A stretch of DNA of 64,000 bases from Polyangiales bacterium. Its GTDB lineage: Bacteria; Myxococcota_A; Polyangia; Polyangiales; Polyangiaceae. A program made the position numbers and the translations under genes. Positions within the stretch are counted from its first letter, which is position 1. Each line of letters starts with the position of its first letter. The stretch is taken from NCBI GenBank assembly GCA_038231275.1, contig JBBRLQ010000017.1:32001-96000 (forward strand), read 5' to 3'. A model generated the notes under the pieces. It was not told the origin of the DNA, ran no database searches, and was given only the letters and a program-made list of their open reading frames with translations. Of the stretch, positions 47,084 through 56,480 are shown one piece after another.

Positions 47084-48361
47084 ATGAAGTCGGCACGCGA
47101 GCTCACGCTCCTCGATTGCTTCGGCCTCGGCATCAACGGGATCATCGGATCCGGCATTTTCCTGCTGCCGGCGATCCTCTTTCGTAGAGCGGGCGGAGCG
47201 GCGCCGTTGGCGTGGCTGCTGGTGGGTGCGTTCTGCTCGCTCGTGGCCCTCGCGTTCGCGGAGGCCGCGGGGCGAACGGATCGGCAAGGCGGCCCCTACC
47301 GCTACGCGATGGATGCGTTCGGACCGTGGGCGGCGCTCCTCGTCGGCTGGACGTCGCTCGTGAGCACGACGCTGGGATTCTCGGCGGTCTCGCACGCGTT
47401 CGCGGAGCACGCGGCGGTGTGGGCGGGCACGCGTGAGCCGCTGGCGCAGCACGCCGTCGTCGCGCTCCTCGTCATCGGGCTCTCCACCGTCAACGCGATC
47501 GGCGCGCGACCCGGCGCACGGACGTCGGCGGTCGTCAGCGTGGTGAAGGTCGCCGCGCTCCTCCTCTTTTGTGGGCTCGGTCTCCCGCACGTCGGCGCGG
47601 CCTCCTTCGCCGCGCTCCCCTCGCCCGACGTCGCGGAGTCGAGCGGCATCCTCGCCGCGGCTTCGGCGGGCCTCTTCGCGACGACCGGCTTCGAGTACGT
47701 GCCGGTGCCCGCCGGCGAGGCGCGCAGCCCGCAGCGCGACGTCGGCATCGCCGTCGTCGGAAGCGTCCTCGGCGCGACGGCGATCTACGCGATGGTGCAG
47801 CTCGTCATCGACGCAAGCGCCCCCAACCTCGCGCACGCCAAGACCCCGCTCGTCGACGCGGCGGCGGCGCTGTTCGGCCCCCTCGGCGCACACCTCATGT
47901 TCGCGGCGGCGCTCGTCAGCGCGTTCGGGTTCTGCTCGGGCTCCGCGCTGGTGGCGCCGCGGTACGTCGAGTCGCTCGCCGCCGACGGCTTTCTGCCGGC
48001 GATCTTCGCGCGACGCTCCGCACGCGGCACGCCGACCGCCGCCATCGTCCTCGTGGCGGTCGTCGTCATGATCCTCGCAACGAACCTCGACTTCGTGCGC
48101 CTCGCCGACGTCTCGGTGGTCGCGATCGTGGTGCAGTACATCGGGACGGCGCTCGCCGTCATCGCGATGCGCCGCAAGGAGGGCCCCAGTCCCGGCTTCC
48201 GGCTGCCCTTCGGGCCCGTCATTCCGATCCTCGCCGCGGCCGGCAGCACGATGTTCCTCGTCATCGCCGATCACCGCGACGTTCTCGTCGGCGCCGTCGT
48301 CCTCGCGGCCGGCGGACTGATCGGCGGCGTTTTACGCAGCCGCACGCGCGCGCGCGCCTGA
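47084..48361 (+). CDS. APC family amino-acid permease
   Basis: GINGIIGSGIFLLP, FAEAA..GGPYRY, TGFE..GEARSP and LAADGFLP. Confidence 0.92.
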   Translation: MKSARELTLLDCFGLGINGIIGSGIFLLPAILFRRAGGAAPLAWLLVGAFCSLVALAFAEAAGRTDRQGGPYRYAMDAFGPWAALLVGWTSLVSTTLGFSAVSHAFAEHAAVWAGTREPLAQHAVVALLVIGLSTVNAIGARPGARTSAVVSVVKVAALLLFCGLGLPHVGAASFAALPSPDVAESSGILAAASAGLFATTGFEYVPVPAGEARSPQRDVGIAVVGSVLGATAIYAMVQLVIDASAPNLAHAKTPLVDAAAALFGPLGAHLMFAAALVSAFGFCSGSALVAPRYVESLAADGFLPAIFARRSARGTPTAAIVLVAVVVMILATNLDFVRLADVSVVAIVVQYIGTALAVIAMRRKEGPSPGFRLPFGPVIPILAAAGSTMFLVIADHRDVLVGAVVLAAGGLIGGVLRSRTRARA

Positions 48362-48420
48362 CGCGCTTTTCGTAGCAACTTTCCACGCGCGATGCCGATG
48401 GGGTGACAGGAGGCCCTCCC

Positions 48421-49224
48421 ATGGCGATCGACGGCACGACCCGCAACAACACGTATTCGGACCGAGAGCTCGAACGACTCCGCGAGCATCAAGACGACAC
48501 GACGCGCGGCGCGATCAACCAGATCGGCGCGCACGCCGGGCTCACGCAGACCTACCTCGTCCGTGGCGACGACAAGAGCGAGCGCGAGATCGTCCTTGCC
48601 CACAAGACCGCCACGCGCGCGGAAGGGCCCGGCATCATCGCAGAGCAAGCGGCGGACTTCGCGGTGGAGCAAGCTGCGGAGAAGGTGCTCGGGGTCGAGG
48701 TGAGCCTCATCACGCTGCCGATCAACGTTCTGAAATTCGGCTACGAAGCGCTCAAGCACATCGCCGAGGACAACAAGGTCGGGCACGAGCGCGCGGGCGC
48801 GCTGACCAAGGACGCGATGCACATCGTGCTCATGGGCAACCTGAACGGCTTGCCGAAGGAGTACGTAGAGAACCAGCTCGGGCGCTACACGGACAGCGAG
48901 AAGAAGTCGAACCTCGTCCAGAGCATGTACCGCGCGCTCGGCCGCGGCGACGACCACCAGGCGTTGCTCACGATGCAGCTGCACTGCGATCAGGGCATGA
49001 ACGCCGCGCGCGGCATGTGCGACGCGAACCTGGACGCGAAGGCGTTCCTCGCCTCCCACCCCGACGCCGCAAAGCGCTGCGCCGAGGATCCGGCGTTCAA
49101 GGCAGGCTTCGACGGCGTCGCGTGGGCGAAGCAAAAGGGGCCCGCCGAATACGGCGCCGTCGTCAAAGAGCTGGAAGGCCGAGATGCCCGCTACGAAGGC
49201 GCGCACGTCGCGTGGAGGGCGTGA
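48421..49224 (+). CDS. Hypothetical helical protein
   Basis: SD GGAGG before ATG 48421; strong coding bias; no recognisable motif. Confidence 0.7.
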   Translation: MAIDGTTRNNTYSDRELERLREHQDDTTRGAINQIGAHAGLTQTYLVRGDDKSEREIVLAHKTATRAEGPGIIAEQAADFAVEQAAEKVLGVEVSLITLPINVLKFGYEALKHIAEDNKVGHERAGALTKDAMHIVLMGNLNGLPKEYVENQLGRYTDSEKKSNLVQSMYRALGRGDDHQALLTMQLHCDQGMNAARGMCDANLDAKAFLASHPDAAKRCAEDPAFKAGFDGVAWAKQKGPAEYGAVVKELEGRDARYEGAHVAWRA

Positions 49225-49556
49225 TGAGCGCGTACCGCACCCTGCCAGCGGCGCCGACGCCGACGACCCTGGCCTGGCACGTCACCTGGACCGGACGCGG
49301 CCTTCTGGCGGCGATCGCGGCGCAAGGCGTCACGACCGGCCACCACATCGTCTACGCGCTTCTCCGCGGCGACTCCGACGACATTTTTTCCGCAGCGCTC
49401 AACGCGGTGATGCTCGCGATCACCGTCGCCTATGTCCTTCTGAAGGCGCGCCTCGCGCCGTGGAAGCTGCGCCGAATCGACGACGCCGCCAACGCGGCCA
49501 TCGCCGAGTTCGATCGGATGGAGGTCGAGGAATACGACTCGAAGAAGATGTGTTAG
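49224..49556 (+). CDS. Small membrane protein (110 aa)
   Basis: MSAYRTLP...; TGATG overlap; two hydrophobic segments. Confidence 0.55.
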   Translation: MSAYRTLPAAPTPTTLAWHVTWTGRGLLAAIAAQGVTTGHHIVYALLRGDSDDIFSAALNAVMLAITVAYVLLKARLAPWKLRRIDDAANAAIAEFDRMEVEEYDSKKMC

Positions 49557-49566
49557 ACGAAACGCC

Positions 49567-50553
49567 ATGTATGACGTTCGTGCCCTGAACGAGCTCGTCG
49601 CGAAGGAGAGCGCCTTCGTCGACAAGGTGACCACCGAGGTCGGCAAGGTCATCGTCGGCCAGAAGTACATGATCGAGCGGATCCTCATCGGTCTGCTCAC
49701 CGGCGGTCATGTGCTCCTGGAAGGCGTCCCCGGCCTCGCCAAGACGCTGACCGTCCGCACCCTGTGCGACGCGATCAGCGCAAAATTCGCGCGGATCCAG
49801 TTCACGCCGGACCTCTTGCCGGCCGACGTGATCGGGACCGTCATCTACAACCAGCAGAAGGGCGAGTTCACCTCGAAGCTCGGACCTGTCTTCGCGAACC
49901 TCGTCCTCGCCGATGAGATCAACCGCGCGCCCGCCAAGGTGCAGAGCGCGCTGCTCGAGGCGATGCAAGAGCGCCAGGTCACCATCGGCGATCGGACCTA
50001 CCCGCTCCCGTCGCCGTTCATCGTCATGGCGACGCAAAACCCGATCGAGCAGGAGGGCACCTATCCCCTGCCCGAGGCGCAGGTCGATCGCTTCATGCTC
50101 ATGGTCCGCGTCGGGTATCCGTCGCGCGAGGACGAGCGCACCATCATGGACCGCATGACCGCCGCCGAGCCGACGCGCGCCGAGCCCGTCATCACGCCGC
50201 AGCAACTCCTCGACGCGCGCCGCACGATCACGCAGGTGTACGTCGACGACAAGGTGAAGGACTACATCGTCGAGGTGGTCTTCGCGACGCGCGAGCCGCA
50301 GAAGCATGGGCTAAAGGATCTCGCGCCGCTCATCGAGTACGGCGCGAGCCCGCGCGCATCGATCGCCCTGAATTTCGCGGCGCGCGCGCACGCGTTCCTG
50401 CGCCACCGCGGCTACGTGACGCCGGAGGACGTCAAGGCGGTCGGGCCCGACGTGCTTCGTCACCGCTTGGTGCTCACCTACGAGGCGGACGCCGAAGAGG
50501 TCACCGCCGAGCAGATCGTTCGTCGCGTGTTCGAGGTGGTCGAGGTCCCCTGA
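49567..50553 (+). CDS. moxR: MoxR family AAA+ ATPase
   Basis: LLEGVPGLAKT, RIQFTPDLLPAD, LADEINRAPAKVQSALLEAMQE, ATQNPIEQEGTYPLPEAQ and GASPR. Confidence 0.96.
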   Translation: MYDVRALNELVAKESAFVDKVTTEVGKVIVGQKYMIERILIGLLTGGHVLLEGVPGLAKTLTVRTLCDAISAKFARIQFTPDLLPADVIGTVIYNQQKGEFTSKLGPVFANLVLADEINRAPAKVQSALLEAMQERQVTIGDRTYPLPSPFIVMATQNPIEQEGTYPLPEAQVDRFMLMVRVGYPSREDERTIMDRMTAAEPTRAEPVITPQQLLDARRTITQVYVDDKVKDYIVEVVFATREPQKHGLKDLAPLIEYGASPRASIALNFAARAHAFLRHRGYVTPEDVKAVGPDVLRHRLVLTYEADAEEVTAEQIVRRVFEVVEVP

Positions 50554-50615
50554 CGGCGCCTCGCCGGAGCCGGGATTCTCGGGAAGATTTTTCTGGATCG
50601 CGCGTATGCCGCGAA

Positions 50616-51479
50616 GTGGAATCCCGCGCCGCGACGACCTTCGCGCTGATGTGCGCGCTGCTCGTGCCGCCCGCATGCGCGTCCGGCGACGGCGACGGCG
50701 CGGACGGCAACGATGCCGGCGCGGGGGGCGGCAGCGGCGGCGGCGGTGAAGGGGGAGCCGGAGGCGGGACCGGAAGCGGAACCGGAGGCGGAACCGGAAC
50801 CGGAACCGGAACCGGAACCGGCGGTGGTATCGGTGACGGAGGAGGAGGTGGAGCCGGCGACGGTGGAGGCGGCACCGGCGACGCGGGCGCTCTCGGCGAT
50901 GGCGGCAAGGGCGACGGAGGCGGCGGCGGGCCGGGCGACTCCGGAGGCGGCGGCGGCGTGATCACCGGAGGGCCGTGCATGTCCGGCGCGACCGGCGCGA
51001 CCGCGTACCGCATCGGATGGATCAACGGGGGCGGGAGGGCGCAGGTCGTCTATCAGGCGTTCGGATTGCCCGATCACTCGCGCGACAAGGCGAGCGCGTA
51101 CGGCTACCAGATCGGCTTCACGCCGCCCTTCGTGGATCCGAACCTCGGGCCCGGCGGGCTCGGACTGGACAGCAGCGATTTCGTCGACATCGAGATCAGC
51201 ACCGCGGGCATGGCGCAGATAACGAAAGCTACGCTTTCGATCTTCGGCCGCAGCTACAACACGACTGCGAGCGGCAGCTTCAATTGGCAGACGATCACCG
51301 GCACGGGAGACGCGCCGTCCGATTTGGTCAGCAACGCGGCCCCCTACGCGTGGTACTCGGCGGACATCACGACCGAGCTCCCCGCGGGAAACGCGGGGAC
51401 GCTGCTGCGCATCAAGGCGGGACCGTCGTCGGATGCGCTCGTCGTGAACGAGATCGAGCTGTGCCTCGTGGCGAATTGA
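50616..51479 (+). CDS. Secreted or lipoprotein with Gly-rich stalk and beta-rich C-terminal domain
   Basis: Hydrophobic N-terminus ending in AC; a G/T/D-rich tract of about 90 aa including (GGAACC)5 at 50790-50819; C-terminal globular domain. Confidence 0.68.
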   Translation: MESRAATTFALMCALLVPPACASGDGDGADGNDAGAGGGSGGGGEGGAGGGTGSGTGGGTGTGTGTGTGGGIGDGGGGGAGDGGGGTGDAGALGDGGKGDGGGGGPGDSGGGGGVITGGPCMSGATGATAYRIGWINGGGRAQVVYQAFGLPDHSRDKASAYGYQIGFTPPFVDPNLGPGGLGLDSSDFVDIEISTAGMAQITKATLSIFGRSYNTTASGSFNWQTITGTGDAPSDLVSNAAPYAWYSADITTELPAGNAGTLLRIKAGPSSDALVVNEIELCLVAN

Positions 51480-51491
51480 TCAGAGCGCGAA

Positions 51492-53492
51492 TCAGGGCAA
51501 CTTTCCGCGCTGCACGTAGACCTGAAGCCCGCTCGGACGGTCGGGCGAACGCAGCACGGTGTGCGTCGCCTTGACGAAGTCGGACTCCTTCGCGCGGTAG
51601 ATGTCTACGAAGGTCTGCGGGTTCCGATCGACCAGCGGGAACCAGCTCGATTGCACCTGCACCATGATGCGGTGCCCGGTGCGGAACGTGTGGCAGACGT
51701 CCGCGAGGCCGAAGCGGACCAGCGAAGCCTGACCAGGCACGAACGGCTTCGGCGTCTCGAACGACTCGCGGAATTTTCCCCGCATCACCTCGCCGCGAAG
51801 AAGCTGCTGGTGTCCGGCGCGGCGCACGCCCCTCGGGTTCGGCTCGGGGTCCTCGACGTCCGCTGGATAGACGTCGATGAGCTTCACGACGAAGTCCGCG
51901 TCGGTGCCCGTCACCGTCACGGACAGGCTCGCCTCGAGGGGCCCCGCGATCGTCACGTCGGCGTCGAGCGGATCGGTCTGGTAGACGAGCACGTCGGGGC
52001 GGCGCGCGGCGAAGCGCTGATCGGCGACCATGTACTCCTTCGCGATCTCCGGCAATGGCTTGTCGTAATACGGGACCGGTTTGCTCGGATCGCTGACGAA
52101 CGTGTCGGCGAGCGTGGCGTCTTCGGACGCGATCGGCACGGCGGCACCGAGACGTCCTTTGGCGTGGAAGAAGAGCGTTTGCGGCTTCGCATCCGCGGGC
52201 GGCCAGCTCGGGTACGCGTGCCACAGGTTGGTTCCGGTCTCGAAGATCCACGCCTCCGGCTGCGCCGCGGGACGCCCTTTGAGGTGCCGCTGGAAGAAAG
52301 GGAGCTCGATCGACTCACGAAAGAAGACGGAATTCTTTGGGCCGAACGAGACGTCGCCGAGCGCGTCGCCCTCCGAGCGGTGCCAGCCACCGTGCGACCA
52401 CGGCCCCATCACGAGCGACACCTCCGCGCGTGGGCTCTGCGTGTTCCACGCGCGGTACGTCGCGAGCGCGCCCCACGCGTCTTCCTTGTCGAACCACCCG
52501 CCGACGGTCAGGATCGCCGGCTTCGCGTTCTTGTAGGCCGGCCGCGTGTCGCGCGCCTTCCAGAAATCGTCGCGCGTGCCGTGCGCCATCACGTCGGTCC
52601 AGAATGGGATCTCGCCGTGCAAGTGGCGCGCGTCGGCATTAGAGAGCGGCCCTAGACCGAGGAAGAACTCGTACGCGTCGCCGGCGTCGTACTCGAAATC
52701 CTTCTCGGCTCGTTTGACCGGCTTGGGGCGCGGCTTGCCGAAGCTCGAATAGAAGTCGAACGCCTCGGCGAGGAAGAACGCTCCGTTGTGGTGAAAATCG
52801 TCACCGAGGAACCAATCGGTGACGGGCGCCTGCGGAGACACGGCCTTCAGCGCCGGGTGCGCGTCGATCGCGGCCTGTGCGGCGTAAAAGCCGGGATACG
52901 AGTTGCCCCATACGCCGACCTTGCCGTTGTTTGCCGGCACGTTCTTCACGAGCCAATCGATGGTGTCCCACGCGTCGGTCGCCTCGTCGATGCCCTTCGC
53001 GCCGGCAGGGACGCGCGGTCGAATGTCGACGAAGGTTCCCTCGCTCATCATGCGGCCGCGGACGTCCTGGGCGACGAGGATGTATCCCTCCCGGACGAAG
53101 AGCGGAGACGGCGCCACCCCGCGGAGGCGTCTCGGGTTTCGTGCGTCGGGCGAGTTGTCGACGCCGTACGGCGCGACCGCGTAGGGCGTACGCGTGAGGA
53201 TGAACGGATACGTCCGCGTCCGATCTTTGGGCGCGTAGACGGACGTGAAGAGGCGCACGCCGTCGCGCATCGGGATCATGTGCTCGTATTTCGTGTAGTG
53301 GTCGCGGAGCGCGCGCGCGACGTCGGCGTCGTCCTTGAGCTCGCCGGGAACGAGCGGCCGCGTGACTTCGTCCGGCGCCCTCCCACGCGCGGCCGGCTGC
53401 TGCGCGACGGCCGGCGGCGCCTCGGCACAAGCGAGCGACGCGAGCATCGAGGCAAAGACGGCGTCGCGAAGGACGCGTGGGGAGGCGCGCAT
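51492..53492 (-). CDS. CocE/NonD family hydrolase (alpha-amino-acid ester hydrolase / glutaryl-7-ACA acylase-like)
   Basis: IPMRDGVRL, RTPY, QDVRGR..SEG, WGNSYPG, DDFHHNGAF, GGWFD.ED, GPWSHG and SSWFPL. Confidence 0.93.
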   Translation of the reverse strand: MRASPRVLRDAVFASMLASLACAEAPPAVAQQPAARGRAPDEVTRPLVPGELKDDADVARALRDHYTKYEHMIPMRDGVRLFTSVYAPKDRTRTYPFILTRTPYAVAPYGVDNSPDARNPRRLRGVAPSPLFVREGYILVAQDVRGRMMSEGTFVDIRPRVPAGAKGIDEATDAWDTIDWLVKNVPANNGKVGVWGNSYPGFYAAQAAIDAHPALKAVSPQAPVTDWFLGDDFHHNGAFFLAEAFDFYSSFGKPRPKPVKRAEKDFEYDAGDAYEFFLGLGPLSNADARHLHGEIPFWTDVMAHGTRDDFWKARDTRPAYKNAKPAILTVGGWFDKEDAWGALATYRAWNTQSPRAEVSLVMGPWSHGGWHRSEGDALGDVSFGPKNSVFFRESIELPFFQRHLKGRPAAQPEAWIFETGTNLWHAYPSWPPADAKPQTLFFHAKGRLGAAVPIASEDATLADTFVSDPSKPVPYYDKPLPEIAKEYMVADQRFAARRPDVLVYQTDPLDADVTIAGPLEASLSVTVTGTDADFVVKLIDVYPADVEDPEPNPRGVRRAGHQQLLRGEVMRGKFRESFETPKPFVPGQASLVRFGLADVCHTFRTGHRIMVQVQSSWFPLVDRNPQTFVDIYRAKESDFVKATHTVLRSPDRPSGLQVYVQRGKLP

Positions 53493-53665
53493 GACCGTTT
53501 TCTATACCAGGGGTTCCCGTCTCGTGGCCCACCGGAAACATTCGAGCTCGCCTCGCCGCAAGTGATCGCAAATCGACGCGACGAGCGAAACTCCCGCGCG
53601 TCGCCTGCGTAGCGCCTCCGTCTCGCGAAGCTCGAAGCACGAAGCTCGCGAAGGAGGATACTTCC

Positions 53666-54265
53666 ATGAACTATCGGGCATGCGCCGCGGCGCTCGCCAT
53701 GGGCCTGGCTGCGTGCAGCAGCAGCAGCAGCAACACCACCGGCAGCGGCGGCAGCAGCGGCGCAGCAACCGCCGACCCGCAGCTACCCCCCACGAGCGGC
53801 TACCAGGCCATCGAGGCGTGGCTCGCGAAGGATCTCTACAAGCAGTGGCACTGCGAGGCGGCGCCGCACGCCGCGCGCTCGCCCTCGCCACACGGAATGA
53901 ACCGCATCTGCAACAACGCCAAGGTCACCGCGCAGCCCGCGGGCCCCGGCGAGTACCCGGTCGGCGCGGCGAGCGTGAAGGAGCTCTACGATGACGCCGG
54001 CAAGAACGTGATCGGGTACGCCGTCGCCGTGCACGTGAGCGCCGGGAAAGACACGTCCAACTGGTACTGGGCCGAGAGAAACCCGGTCCTAGGCGCGCCC
54101 GCAAAGAACGGCTCCGCCGGGCTCGTCGCCGACGGCGTCGGGCCGACGGAAGGCGTCAGCGGACCGACCGACAAGATCTGCACGGGGTGCCACACCGGCG
54201 CGGGCAGTGACGCCGCGCACACGACGACGGACTCGCACGACTTCGTGTACACGCACGTCCCGTGA
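53666..54265 (+). CDS. Monoheme c-type cytochrome lipoprotein, cytochrome P460-like
   Basis: Lipobox LAAC; YPVGAASVKEL; WYWAE; C-terminal CTGCH..DFVY; SD AGGAGG. Confidence 0.65.
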   Translation: MNYRACAAALAMGLAACSSSSSNTTGSGGSSGAATADPQLPPTSGYQAIEAWLAKDLYKQWHCEAAPHAARSPSPHGMNRICNNAKVTAQPAGPGEYPVGAASVKELYDDAGKNVIGYAVAVHVSAGKDTSNWYWAERNPVLGAPAKNGSAGLVADGVGPTEGVSGPTDKICTGCHTGAGSDAAHTTTDSHDFVYTHVP

Positions 54266-54453
54266 TGCCGGGCGCCCAGCGGGCTCGGGCCAACCGGCCT
54301 CGTCGCACGAAGACCTGAGCCCGCGACGGACGCGTCCCGGACGCCCGCCCGGGAATAGGCGCGTGCGTCCGCGTGTCGTGCCGCCGGCAGGCGCCGGCCC
54401 GACTGTGGTAAATGGGCGCTACCCCTGGCTTTTGAGCCCGGTTGGTTCGTCCG

Positions 54454-55386
54454 ATGATCCCCAAAGAGCTCCTCGCCGCACTCCGCACGATCGAGATCCA
54501 TACGGCCCGGCTCGCCAACGAGCAGCTGAGCGGCACGTACGCGTCGAGCTTCAAGGGGCAGGGCCTCGCCTTTCGCGAGGTGCGGCCGTACCAACCAGGG
54601 GACGACGTCCGCACGATCGACTGGAACGTCTCGGCGCGCATGAACGAGGCCTTCGTGAAGGTCTTCGTCGAGGAGCGCGAGATGACCGTCATGCTGATGG
54701 TGGATCTCTCGCAGAGCGAGCGCTTCGGGACCCGCCGCGCTCCCAAGGCGCGCGTCGCGAGCGAGGTCGCGGCGCTCCTGGCCTTCAGCGCCATCCGGAA
54801 CAACGATCGCGTCGGCCTCATCCTGTCGACGAGCAAGGTCGAGCGCATCGTCCCACCCAAGAAGGGCGAGAAGCACGTCATGCGCGTCGTGCGTGAAATC
54901 CTGGGCTTTACGCCGAGCAGCCCCGAGGTGAAGCGCCTCCGCGACAAGAAGCACCAGCCGATCCTCGGCGCCGCCACGGACTTGAAGGCCGGACTCGAGG
55001 CGCTCGTCGGCGTGAGCCGGCGGCGGAGCGTGGCGTTCGTCGTAAGCGATTTCTACGCCCAGGGCTTCGAGCGCGCGCTCGCGCTGGCGGCGGCCAAGCA
55101 CGACGTGGTGCCGGTGGTCCTGACCGATCCGCGCGACAAGCAGCTGCCCGACGTCGGCCTCGCAACGTTCGAGGATCTCGAGAGCGGCGAGTCGATCCTC
55201 GTCGACACCGCGGATCCGCGCGTGCGCGCCCACTACGAGACCGCGATGAAGCGGCTCGCCGAGTCGCGCCGGCAGCTCTTCACGAAGCTCGGGCTCGACG
55301 CGGTCGAGATCGAAACGAGCGGCTCGTTCGTACGTCCCTTGCGCGATCTCTTCGCGAGGCGCGCCCGGAGGATGCGCACGCGATGA
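54454..55386 (+). CDS. DUF58 (VWA-like, MoxR-associated) protein
   Basis: FKGQGLAFREVRPYQPGDDVRTIDWNVSAR, EEREMT, VDLSQS and VSDF. Confidence 0.94.
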   Translation: MIPKELLAALRTIEIHTARLANEQLSGTYASSFKGQGLAFREVRPYQPGDDVRTIDWNVSARMNEAFVKVFVEEREMTVMLMVDLSQSERFGTRRAPKARVASEVAALLAFSAIRNNDRVGLILSTSKVERIVPPKKGEKHVMRVVREILGFTPSSPEVKRLRDKKHQPILGAATDLKAGLEALVGVSRRRSVAFVVSDFYAQGFERALALAAAKHDVVPVVLTDPRDKQLPDVGLATFEDLESGESILVDTADPRVRAHYETAMKRLAESRRQLFTKLGLDAVEIETSGSFVRPLRDLFARRARRMRTR

Positions 55387-56480
55387 GCACCGTTGGTCGC
55401 ACCCTCGCGATCGGGCTTCTGCTCGCGCTATTTTGGCGGGCGGACGCGTACGCGGAGGAGGACGCCGGCGCCTCCGACAGCGTGACCGGGTGCGTGGAGA
55501 GCATCCCACCGGGCGCGCAGAGGCCGCGCCTGACCGAGACGTTTCCGCCGCGTGGGATCAGCGGGTACGCGTCGACGCTGAAGGTCGTCGTCGAGCACGG
55601 CAAGGGGGAGAGCGTGCTCCCGCGCGGGCTCGAGATCGGCAGCGAGGCCGCGAAGCTGCTGAAGAAGGCCGATTTCGTGTTGCCCGATCAGGACGGAGGC
55701 AGCGCGGCCAGGCTCGACGCGCCGCAGCCGGATCCTAGCAAGCCCGATCGTGTCACGACGACGCTGGAGGTGCCGGTCGTGCCGCTCCCTGGAGAGCCAG
55801 GCCGCCACGTCCTCGTCCTGCCGCCGCTGCCGGTCGCCGTCGCGCGCGCCAACGGGGACCTTGCGACCGCGTGCACGAAGCGCCACACGATCGTCATCGA
55901 GGATCCCATCGCGCAGACGCCGGAGGCGAAGCCCAAGCCCAACCCGCCGCCAGTCATGCAGCGCGAGGAGTGGACGTCGCTGAAGATGGCGCTTCTCGTG
56001 CTCTCGCTCGGCCTCCTCGCGGGCGCGCTCCTCACGCTCCTCCTCCGAAAGTGGATGGCGCGCCCGCGTCCGGTTCCGCCGCCGCCGCCGCCGCGCCCGC
56101 CGTGGGAGATCGCGCTCGAGCGGCTCGACGAGGTGCGGCACGCGGGGCTCCTCGAGCAAGGTCGCTTCGGCGAATACTACGATCGCGTGAGCGACGCGGT
56201 GCGCGGGTACCTCGGCGGTCGCTACGGCTTCGACGGGCTCGAGTCGACGACCGACGAGATCCTCGCGGCGCTCGCGCGGCCAGGCGTCCTCGGCGACTTC
56301 GCGCTGCCCGAGATCGCGGGATTTCTCCAGGACTGCGATCTCGTCAAATTCGCGAACATGCACCCCACGCAGGACGAGTGCACGCGCGCGCTCCAGTCGG
56401 GCGAAGCGATCGTGCGCGCGACGATGCCGCGGCACCGCGCGTTCGACGCGTCGCCGCGCGCGCACGGAGCGCCGGCATGA
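55383..56480 (+). CDS. Bat-operon-associated membrane protein (DUF4381-like)
   Basis: Signal peptide, TM helix, PPWEIALERL..YYDRVSDAVRGYL..ESTTDEI..DLVKFA; lies between DUF58 and batA. Confidence 0.75.
   Translation: MSTVGRTLAIGLLLALFWRADAYAEEDAGASDSVTGCVESIPPGAQRPRLTETFPPRGISGYASTLKVVVEHGKGESVLPRGLEIGSEAAKLLKKADFVLPDQDGGSAARLDAPQPDPSKPDRVTTTLEVPVVPLPGEPGRHVLVLPPLPVAVARANGDLATACTKRHTIVIEDPIAQTPEAKPKPNPPPVMQREEWTSLKMALLVLSLGLLAGALLTLLLRKWMARPRPVPPPPPPRPPWEIALERLDEVRHAGLLEQGRFGEYYDRVSDAVRGYLGGRYGFDGLESTTDEILAALARPGVLGDFALPEIAGFLQDCDLVKFANMHPTQDECTRALQSGEAIVRATMPRHRAFDASPRAHGAPA

Noticed and set aside
53615..53655. CGAAGC repeats with about 7-bp period upstream of the cytochrome gene
   Set aside because: Too short and degenerate to support a binding-site call.
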